In this document: piece after piece, positions 1 through 7,700 of the stretch
Layout of the letters: each line of letters starts with the position of its first letter
Numbering within the stretch: position 1 is the stretch's first letter
Assembly: GCA_052390515.1 (NCBI GenBank)
Contig: JBQTGV010000198.1
Coordinates: 1-16,143, forward strand
From: Candidatus Eiseniibacteriota bacterium
GTDB taxonomy: Bacteria > ARS69
Direction of reading: 5' to 3'
DNA: 16,143 bases
The notes under the pieces: generated by a model
Told to the model about the DNA's origin: nothing
The model's database searches: none
The model's input: the letters and a program-made list of their open reading frames with translations, nothing else
Position numbers and translations under genes: made by a program

Positions 1-168
1 CTCGCCGCCGGCGCCCGAGACTTTCTTGAGGTTGTCGAGGATGGTCTGGTAGTTGGCGCTCTCGGGCTTGCGTTCGAGGCGCACGTCTATGGCGTCGAGC
101 GTGAACAGGGGCACCTCGACGACTTCCTTCTGGAGCGAGCCGAGCGAGACTGCCACGCTCCCCGAGCC
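1..168 (-). pseudogene. Internal fragment of an AsmA/DUF748-like protein, lacking its N-terminus and running off the left edge
   Basis: The minus-strand frame with codons starting at 168, 165, ... reads GSGSVAVSLGSLQKEVVEVPLFTLDAIDVRLERKPESANYQTILDNLKKVSGAGGE with strongly G/C-ending codons. It resembles, from memory, the 'VsLgSL..dvvevp...l.gi.v.lE.....Ny..ildNlk' segment of AsmA-like proteins. In-frame ATGs at 246 and 231 overlap the sulfatase gene and give a non-protein-like leader. Confidence 0.45.
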
Positions 169-2170
169 GCGCTTCCAGATCGGCGGTGAGCGAATCCCCC
201 GGCTGATAGAGATCTTCGGTCTCTGACGCATCGCGGGAGAGATCATAAAGCTCGCGCTTGCCGGTCGTCGAGGTGATGAGCTTGTGCGGCCCGGCGAACA
301 CGGCGCGCTCGATGCGGCGGAAGGCGGGATTCACGTCGAACAGGAACGGGAAGGACTCCGCGGCGACGAGCCGATCGCCGGCGCCGGCGATCTCGCGCAG
401 CGTCCGGCCGGGGACCGCCCGGGGCAGGGAGATCCCGGTCACGTCCAGGATCGTGGGCAGCACGTCCACGGAGCTGGCCAGCTCTTCGACGCGAAGTCCG
501 CCCGGCGCTCCGGGGTAGCGGACGAGCAGCGGCACAGCCACCTGATCCTGGTACACGGAGACGCCGTGGTTCAGCAGCGAGTTTTCCCCGAACGCCTCGC
601 CGTGGTCCGAGGTGACGATGAAGAGCGTGTCGTCCCAGAGGCCGCGGCGTCCGAGCTCGCGGATCAGCGCGCCGATCTCGGAGTCGACGTAGGCGATGGC
701 CCCGTCGTACTGCGACACGAGATGGTCGCGAACGGCGTCGGGGAGGGCGCCGTCGCCGCGGATGACCGAGCGCAGGATCTCGTAGTACCGATCCGTGGTG
801 AACGTCTCGTCCTTCCCGGGCCAGAGCGTGTCGAAGGGCTCCGGCGGGATCAGCGGAAGGTGCGCGTCCATGTAGTTCACGAAGAGGAAGAACGGCGCGC
901 CCCGCTCGGCGAAGCGGTCCAGCAGCGGGAGGACGGCCGCGTTGATGTCGCGGGCGTCCCGGTACTTCCTCTCGACCGAGGGGAGAGGCGCGAACTTCGC
1001 GCAGAGGGCGTGCAGCCATCGGCGCGGCGACCACGGCGGCGACTTGCCCAGCAGGAGCACCGGGGTGCGCACGTCGTAGTACTGGAACCCCTGATCGAAG
1101 CCGAACGCGTTCGACAGGTACGCGGTGTTCGCCACGACCGCCCCGGTCCAGTAGCCGGCCTCGGTCAGGATCTCTGCCGCCGTCACGAACTTCGTCGCCA
1201 GCGGACGCCCGGTCGGAATGGACTCGGAGCGATGCGCGCCATGCTGCCGTCCGTAGAGCCCGGTGAAGAGCGATCCGTGCGTGGTCAGGGTCATGTCGCC
1301 CGAAGCGACCGCGCGAGCGTAGAGCGTGGCCTCGGCGGCCAGCGCGCGCAGCTCCGGCGTGGTGTCGCGTTCGTATCCGTAGAGCGAGAGATGATCCGCA
1401 CGCACCGTGTCCATCGTGATCAGGACGACGTTGGGCGGCTTCGGGGCGCCGGCGCGCGGCGCGGGCGGCTCGCCGGTCTCGCGGACGGTCTGCTCGCCGG
1501 TCGCGGAGAGAGCCAGCGTGACCACCGCGAACCCGCCGAGCCACGCGAGGCCGTGCCGAGGGCGACGAGCGCGGCCCGCCAGCCGCGCGGCGAGCCACGA
1601 CCCGAGGACGACCGCGACCGGCCAGGCCGCCGCGGCCAGGCCCTTCGCCCACGGACGCGCCTGAGCCAGCTGACCCACGGTCATCCAGGGAAGCCCGACG
1701 AGCAGCAGCGAGACGGTCCATGGATTCGCCAGGAAGGCGAGCTTCCCCCGGCGGACGGCGGCGAAGGCGAGCACCAGGGACGCCGCCAGGGGAAGGGCGA
1801 GGTGCACGCGCGACTGGCGGAACGAGAAGGGCGAGTCGACCCCTTGGAACAGGAGGTGGACGAGGTTCGCGTCGAGGGCGAGGACGAGGCAGAGCACCGC
1901 GACGGCGGAAGGATCGGCGGCCACCCGCCAGCGGGCCGCCCGGGCGGCCACCGCCACGGCGGCCGAGAGCGTGGCGCCGAGCACCGGATAGAAGGCGAAG
2001 GTGAGCGCGGAGAACCCGCCGTGCACGGGGGAGAGGGCGTAGTCGGGGCGAAGCAGTCGAGGGAGGATCGAGAAGAACCAGCACTCGCCCACGGCGAAGG
2101 CGGTCCACGCGAGAGCCCCGGCGCGGAGGGTGTCGAGAAGCGGGTTCGGTTCGGGCGCCGGTCGGGTCAT
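2..2170 (-). CDS. Membrane-anchored sulfatase-like hydrolase/transferase (alkaline phosphatase superfamily); 3' end disrupted near base 160, no stop codon in the window
   Basis: Manual translation from ATG 2170 (alternative ATG 2182) gives about 240 aa of hydrophobic helices (MTRPAPEPNPLLDTLRAGALAWTAFAVGECWFFSILPRLL...). Then follow PNVVLITMDTVRADHLSLYGYERDTTPEL (~1435-1350), SGDMTLTTHGSLFTG (~1303-1260), FFLFVNYMDAHLP, YDGAIAYVDSEIG, IVTSDHGEAFGE, HGVSVYQDQVAVPLLV and KRELYDLSRDASET. The ORF track lacks it because the frame stays open to the window edge. Confidence 0.88.
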   Translation of the reverse strand, partial: MTRPAPEPNPLLDTLRAGALAWTAFAVGECWFFSILPRLLRPDYALSPVHGGFSALTFAFYPVLGATLSAAVAVAARAARWRVAADPSAVAVLCLVLALDANLVHLLFQGVDSPFSFRQSRVHLALPLAASLVLAFAAVRRGKLAFLANPWTVSLLLVGLPWMTVGQLAQARPWAKGLAAAAWPVAVVLGSWLAARLAGRARRPRHGLAWLGGFAVVTLALSATGEQTVRETGEPPAPRAGAPKPPNVVLITMDTVRADHLSLYGYERDTTPELRALAAEATLYARAVASGDMTLTTHGSLFTGLYGRQHGAHRSESIPTGRPLATKFVTAAEILTEAGYWTGAVVANTAYLSNAFGFDQGFQYYDVRTPVLLLGKSPPWSPRRWLHALCAKFAPLPSVERKYRDARDINAAVLPLLDRFAERGAPFFLFVNYMDAHLPLIPPEPFDTLWPGKDETFTTDRYYEILRSVIRGDGALPDAVRDHLVSQYDGAIAYVDSEIGALIRELGRRGLWDDTLFIVTSDHGEAFGENSLLNHGVSVYQDQVAVPLLVRYPGAPGGLRVEELASSVDVLPTILDVTGISLPRAVPGRTLREIAGAGDRLVAAESFPFLFDVNPAFRRIERAVFAGPHKLITSTTGKRELYDLSRDASETEDLYQPGDSLTADLEARLGERGSLARLAPEGSRRGAPVHARRHRRAPRTQARERQLPDHPRQPQESLGRRRR

Positions 2171-2180
2171 GGCGGGGCGC

Positions 2181-2210
2181 ATTGTTCGGTCCGGGCGGCG
2201 GGCTTGTCCA
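2181..2210 (-). promoter_or_regulatory. Candidate sigma70-type promoter for the sulfatase-like gene
   Basis: Minus strand TGGACA (2210-2205), 18-bp spacer, AACAAT (2186-2181). ATG 2170 lies 10 nt downstream with no Shine-Dalgarno sequence. Confidence 0.35.
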
Positions 2211-2238
2211 CCCCTTCCCCGGCGGCGCGAGGCGCCGG

Positions 2239-2268
2239 TTGCGGGCGGGTTTCCCGCCTTGCTATTAT
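2239..2268 (+). promoter_or_regulatory. Candidate sigma70-type promoter with extended -10 for the metallophosphoesterase gene
   Basis: TTGCGG (2239-2244), 18-bp spacer, TATTAT (2263-2268) preceded by TGn (2260-2262). This is the only AT-rich patch in the intergenic region. An inverted repeat GGCGGG-TTT-CCCGCC (2244-2258) lies across the spacer. Confidence 0.5.
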
Positions 2269-2310
2269 CGACGCCGCCGGAGCCCATCCCCCCCAATGGA
2301 CGGAATCGAC

Positions 2311-4686
2311 GTGCTGCGTAGCCTCGCGATCGCGGTGGGAGGGCTTCTCGTTGCCGGTCCGGCTTCGGCCGACCGCTTCGCCTACGAGCCCATCTCGGAC
2401 GTGGACGACGGCGAGTTCATCGACGGCGTGTCCTGGGACTGGAAGCCGCTCGAGATCACCCAGGGCGACATCCTGATCAACCTGGGCCGGGAAGGCGCCT
2501 TCACCTTCGACAACGCCTTCGCCTTCGACCTCTCGGACCTCTCCGAGGGTCAGACCGTCAGTTCCGCGTGGATCCGGATGAACCAGCAGGGGGGCACGAT
2601 CACCAGCGGTCTGTCCGTGCAGATCACCGCCGCCCTGGACATCGACCCCGTGGCCATCACGGCGCCGGATCGCTTCGCCCTGCCGCGCACCACCAGCGCC
2701 GTCATCTGGAACATCGCGGCGCCGTGGGACTCCTCGAGTCAGATCATTTCCAAGTACGAGGAGACCCCCGATCTCGCCGCGCTGATCAACGAGGTCGTGG
2801 CTCAGCCGGGCTGGGGCGCGGGACCGAAGGACATCGTGCTGTTCCTGGAGGTCCTGTCCGCCGTCGGGGACAACGTGGTCCGCCACGACGACACGCACGC
2901 CGCGTACTGGGAGCTCGGCAACGCGGGCATCCGCCCCGCGACGCTGATCGTGAACGAGACCTTCCGCGACGGATTCCACGGCAAGGAGTTGCTCTGCCGG
3001 CCGAAGCCCACGTCCATGGAGGTGAACGTCATTCCGCGGGTCGACACCGAGGCGTTCGTGGAGTGGGGCACGGACGGGATCACTTTCCCGAGCTCCTCCG
3101 CGACGGACAGCATCACGGCCGGCGCGGCGCACCATTTCGTCATCGGGGGCCTCTCGCCGGACACGCGCATCTGGTACCGGCTCAACGCGAAGCCCGCCGG
3201 AGCAGGCTCGTTCGAGGCGGGGCCGGTCCGCTCATTCATGACCATGCCGGTCGCCGGGCAGCAGGCCCGGGTCTGCGTGACGAGCGACATCCACGTGACC
3301 AACCAGCTCTCGCTGAACCTGACCACGATGATGGACCTGCTGGACACGACGCTCGCGTACATGTCCGGGTACCTGGCGCCGGAGTCCTACCACCTGTGGA
3401 TGGATCTGGGGGACCTGGTCGTCATTCGCGCGCAGCGCATCTGCTTCGACCCCGAAGAGGTCGAGCAACGCTATCGCACGGCGCGGGAGTACGTCGACCG
3501 CGTCGCGCACTCCTTGCCTTTCGTGCTGGTGCGCGGCAACCACGAGGAAGTGAACGGCTGGGACGACGACGGGACCCCGAACACCACGGCAGTGTGGTCC
3601 GGGCAGATGCTGCTCAAGTACTTCCCGCCGCCTCTGCCCGACGAGTTCTACTCCGGGAACGACGTGCCTTATCCGAACCTCGGGCTGCCGGGCAACTACT
3701 TCGCCTTCGACGCGGGGGCGCTCCGGATCCGCGCGGTGGATCCGTACCTCTTCTCGCAGGACCGCCCCCACAACGGGCACGGCGAGGTCGGCGGCACCAA
3801 GGACTGCTGGGACTGGACTCTCGGGCAGCAGCAGTACGACTGGCTGCAGGAGGACCTCTCGTCGAACATCGCCGACTTCAGTCTGCTGGCCGTGCACCAC
3901 CTCACCTCCTGCTACCCGCTGCCCGGCGACTGGTACGGGCGCGGCGGTATCGAGGTGGCGAAGTTCGCGGTCGACGGCCGTCCGAGCTTCGAGTGGGGGG
4001 GCGAGGACTCGACCGGCGCCCACGTCTACGAGACGCAGCGCTCCGGCTTCGCCCATGGCGCTACCCACGACATGCTGGCCGCTTACGGGAACCAAGTCGT
4101 GATCAAGGGGCACGATCACTTCCACGCGCGTCAGTCGCTGGACGGGATGGTGTACCTGACGCTGGCGAAGCCCGACGCGACCGAGGAGCAGACCGGGAAT
4201 CTCTGGGGCTGGTGGTTCAACACCTTCTACTACGCCCCTGGATCGGTGTTCCGGGAGAGCTCCGGATTCTACTCCGTCGTCGTCGACGACACGCTGGCGA
4301 CGTACTCGTACATCCAGACGTATCCGTCCGCCGGCCTCGGCACCGTGCGCGATCTCTTCACGCTCACGCAGGTCCCGACGGGCGCAGGGATCCCGCTCCC
4401 CGAGCGCCCGACCGCGACCTGGATCGAGATGGTCGCTCCGAATCCCTCGACGGCGCCGGGAATCCGCTGGAACCTCGGGAAGCCCGGACACGTGGAGCTG
4501 GCGTTGTACGACACGACGGGCCGGCGGGTGCGGAGCCTCGTCTCCGGGCGGAAGGACGCCGGAGTGCACGAGACCGCCTGGGATGGCTGCGACGAGAGCG
4601 GCCGCCGCGTCGCGACGGGCGTGTACTTCGCGAAGCTGGAGGCGGACGGCCGGCTGGATGCCGTCAAGGTGGTCCTGCTCCGCTAG
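2311..4686 (+). CDS. Secreted multidomain metallophosphoesterase: signal peptide, beta-sandwich (DNRLRE/CBM96-like) domain, FN3/purple-acid-phosphatase N-terminal domain, calcineurin-like domain, FlgD-Ig/T9SS-type C-terminal domain
   Basis: Lies within ORF 2182..4686. Likely start is GTG 2311 (alternative ATG 2296), giving the signal peptide MLRSLAIAVGGLLVAGPASA|DR. Metal-binding motifs are SDIH (3283-3294), GD (3409-3414), GNHE (3535-3546), VHH and GHDH (4108-4119). The FN3-like segment reads HHFVIGGLSPDTRIWYRL..RSFMT. The C-terminus reads PNP...LYDTTGRRVRSL...WDGCDESGRRVATGVYFAKL...KVVLLR. Confidence 0.85.
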   Translation: MLRSLAIAVGGLLVAGPASADRFAYEPISDVDDGEFIDGVSWDWKPLEITQGDILINLGREGAFTFDNAFAFDLSDLSEGQTVSSAWIRMNQQGGTITSGLSVQITAALDIDPVAITAPDRFALPRTTSAVIWNIAAPWDSSSQIISKYEETPDLAALINEVVAQPGWGAGPKDIVLFLEVLSAVGDNVVRHDDTHAAYWELGNAGIRPATLIVNETFRDGFHGKELLCRPKPTSMEVNVIPRVDTEAFVEWGTDGITFPSSSATDSITAGAAHHFVIGGLSPDTRIWYRLNAKPAGAGSFEAGPVRSFMTMPVAGQQARVCVTSDIHVTNQLSLNLTTMMDLLDTTLAYMSGYLAPESYHLWMDLGDLVVIRAQRICFDPEEVEQRYRTAREYVDRVAHSLPFVLVRGNHEEVNGWDDDGTPNTTAVWSGQMLLKYFPPPLPDEFYSGNDVPYPNLGLPGNYFAFDAGALRIRAVDPYLFSQDRPHNGHGEVGGTKDCWDWTLGQQQYDWLQEDLSSNIADFSLLAVHHLTSCYPLPGDWYGRGGIEVAKFAVDGRPSFEWGGEDSTGAHVYETQRSGFAHGATHDMLAAYGNQVVIKGHDHFHARQSLDGMVYLTLAKPDATEEQTGNLWGWWFNTFYYAPGSVFRESSGFYSVVVDDTLATYSYIQTYPSAGLGTVRDLFTLTQVPTGAGIPLPERPTATWIEMVAPNPSTAPGIRWNLGKPGHVELALYDTTGRRVRSLVSGRKDAGVHETAWDGCDESGRRVATGVYFAKLEADGRLDAVKVVLLR

Positions 4687-4695
4687 CTCCGTCGC

Positions 4696-4724
4696 TTGTG
4701 AGGGGCGCGGCCGGCGCGTACACT
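4696..4724 (+). promoter_or_regulatory. Candidate sigma70-type promoter of the addB-addA-tag operon
   Basis: TTGTGA (4696-4701), 17-bp spacer, TACACT (4719-4724). ATG 4734 is 9 nt downstream with no Shine-Dalgarno sequence. Confidence 0.55.
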
Positions 4725-4732
4725 CGCGCCCC
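4702..4732. repeat. 8-bp inverted repeat bracketing the addB -10 element
   Basis: GGGGCGCG (4702-4709) and CGCGCCCC (4725-4732), separated by 15 nt that include TACACT. Confidence 0.5.
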
Positions 4733-4733
4733 C

Positions 4734-7700
4734 ATGGCCGCTCGATCCCCCTTCGAGGTTTTCGCCGCACCGTCCGCTCGGGAGAGGTTGACCCGGGCGC
4801 GGGACTTCGTCCGCTCGTTCCCCGCCGGCACCGAAGTCGTGATCGTCGGTCCGAGCCGCGCCGCGGTGGACGACTTCGTGCGCGAGGTGGCGCGCGACGG
4901 CGCCGCGTTCGGACTGCATCGCTTCAGCTTCTGGCAGCTCGTCTCCACCGTGGCCGCAGCGGAGATCGCCACCGAAGGTCTCGCCCCGGCCACGCCGCTG
5001 GGCATGCAGTCGGTCGCGGCGCGCGCGGCGTTCCAGGCGATGCGCGCCGGCAAGCTCGCGCGGCTGGATCGGGTCGCCGCCTTCCCGGGATTCCCGGCGG
5101 CGCTGGCCGCCACGCTCGACGAGCTGCGCCGCGAGGAGATCCCCGCCCGCGACCTCCGTCATTACCCGGAGCTGACCGATCTCGCCGAGCTCGCCGACCT
5201 CTTCGAGAAGGAGAGCGCGCGGACGAGGACTGCGGACCGGGCGGCGCTCCTGAAGCTCGCGACGTGGGCGTGGCACCGGCCGCAACACGTGCGTCTGCGC
5301 GGGGCGCCGCTGCTGCTGCTCGACCTGCCCGTGGCGGGTCGGCTGGAGGAGGGGTTCCTCGCGCCGCCGCTCGCCGGCGGGCCGTCGGCGCTGGCCACGG
5401 TTCCGGCCGGAGACGAGCGCACCCTCGACGCGCTCCGTCGGCTCGGAGCGGTGGAGGCGCCGGCGCCCCGCCGCGCGACCGCCGCCGAACCCGCGCTCGC
5501 CCGACTCCGCTCCTGGGTGTTCGCGGCCGACGAGCCGCCCGTCGCGGACAAGGACGACTCCGTCCGGTTCCTCTCCGCCCCCGGCGAAGCGCGCGAGTGC
5601 GTGGAGATCGCCCGGCACGTCCTCCGCGAGGCTGCCCGCGGCGTCCGCCTCGACGAGATGGCGGTCCTGCTGCGCGCACCGGAGACCTACTCCGCGCACG
5701 TGGAGACCGCGTTCCGGCGGGCCGGGATCGCCGCTTTCTTCTCGCGCGGGGCGCGGCGGCCGGATCCCTCGGGGCGCGCGTTCCTGGCGCTGCTCGCGTG
5801 CGCCGCGGAGCGCCTCTCCGCGAATCGCTTCGCCGAGTACCTGTCCTTCGCGGAGGTGCCCGACGCGGACGCGGCCGGAGCGCCTCCCTCCCGGGAAGTG
5901 TGGGTCGGGGCGATGGAGGAGACGCTCGGTCCCGCGGGCGCCGGAACGGACTCGCCGGGATCGGACGGGTTGCAGCTCGCGCTGCCGTTCGGTGAGCCGG
6001 CATCGCCGCCGCCGCCGCCGCCGGCCGCCGACGCCCCGGTGCAGCGCGGGGCCCTGCGTGCTCCGTGGCGGTGGGAGAGGTTCCTGGTCGAGGCCGCAGT
6101 GATCGGTGGTCAGGATCGGTGGCGCCGGCGCCTGCGCGGCCTCGAGCGCGAGCTCGTTCTCAAGATCGAGCGGCTCTCCGCGGAGGAGCCGGAGTCGGCG
6201 AGGCTCTTCGCGCTCGAGCGTAGCCTCGCGGAGCTCGGGCACCTGGAGCGGTTCGCGCTTCCGTTGATCGAGCAGCTCGCCGCGTTCCCCCGCGAGGCCG
6301 ACTGGGGCGAATGGCTCCGCATCTTCGAGCTGCTCGTGCCGCGCGCGCTCCGGCACCCCGAGCGCGTCCTCGAGGTGCTCGCCGAGATGCGCCCGATGTC
6401 CACCGTCGGCCCGGCGACGCTCGACGAAGTTCGCGCCGTGCTCGCGGAGAGACTCTCCACGCTCGAGGAGGAGCCGCCGCCGTCGCGCTGGGGACGCGTG
6501 TTCGTCGGCACGCCGGAGTCCGCGCGAGGTCGCGTCTTCCGTGTCGTCTTCGCCCCCGGACTGGCCGAGCGCCTGTTCCCGAGGCGCCCGCGCGAGGATC
6601 CGCTGCTCCTCGACGACGCGCGGGAGACCCTCGGCGGAAAGCTGCGCCTGCAGAAGCAACGCGACGACGACGAGCGCCTGCTGCTGCAGCTCGCCGCCGG
6701 GGCGGCCGGCGAGCGGCTGGTGCTCTCCTACCCGCGGCTCGACGTCGCCGAGGCGAGGCCGCGCGTGCCCTCGTTCTACATGCTCGACGTCGCCCGCGCG
6801 ATCCACGGTGCGCTCCCCGCCCACGAGGAGCTCGCGCGGGAGGCGGAGCGGGAAGGCGGAGCGAGACTGGCGTGGCCGAGCCCGGGGGAGCCGGATGCGG
6901 CGATCGACGCCGTCGAGCACGATCTCGCCGTGCTCGGGGAGCTGCTCCGCTCCCCGGCCCGGGCCGATCTGCGCGGACGTGCGCGCTACCTGCTGAGCTT
7001 GAATCCGCATCTCGGTCGATCGCTGCGCTCGCGCTGGGTGCGCTGGCGCCCGCGCTGGGCGCCGCAAGACGGGATCATGCGCGTCGCCGAGCACACCCGC
7101 GAGGCGCTCGCGGCCTACTCGCCCCGTGAGCACGTCTACTCGGCGACGGCGCTGGAGCGCTTCGCGGCCTGTCCTTATCGCTTCTTCCTTTCGGCCGTCC
7201 ACCGGCTCGAGCCGCGCGAGGAGGCGCAGGCGCCGGTGCAGCTCGATCCCCTGACCAAGGGCAAGCTCGTGCACGAAGTGCAGGCGCGCGCTCTCCGCCG
7301 CCTGCGCGATGCCGGCGCGCTTCCCGTGCTGCCCGAGACCTTGCGGGATGCCACTGCGGCGCTCGACTCCGTGCTCGACGACGTGGCCCAGCGGTACGAC
7401 GAGGACATCGCTCCGGCCATCCCTCGCGTCTGGCAGGATGAGATCGCCGCGATCCGCGCGGATCTGCGCATCTGGCTGCGCCGGCTCGCGCACGAGGCGC
7501 CGGAGTGGACGCCGGTGCACTTCGAATGGACGTTCGGACTGCCCGCGGACGGTCCGGCGGAGCCGCGCAGCGTTCGCGAGCCCGTCGAGCTGCCCGGCGG
7601 TTGGAAGCTGCGAGGTGCCGTCGATCTGCTGGAACGCCGCGAGGACGGCGCGCTGCGCGTGACCGACCACAAGACCGGCGCGGACCGCACGAACCCGGGA

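Noticed and set aside
243..2108. 621-aa minus-strand ORF in the track
   Set aside because: Wrong frame. It is Arg/Pro/Gly-rich with no motifs, and the real sulfatase-like gene is in another minus frame.
284..2476. 730-aa plus-strand ORF
   Set aside because: Antisense shadow of the sulfatase-like gene, typical of high-GC DNA, with no recognisable domain.
2568..4733. 722-aa N-terminal extension that would make AddB 1832 aa
   Set aside because: It overlaps the phosphoesterase out of frame and is Arg-rich noise. AddB-like sequence and a promoter begin at 4696-4734.
6005..6030. (GCC)n trinucleotide run as a possible phase-variable repeat
   Set aside because: It is an in-frame poly-Pro linker, so slippage would not shift the frame.
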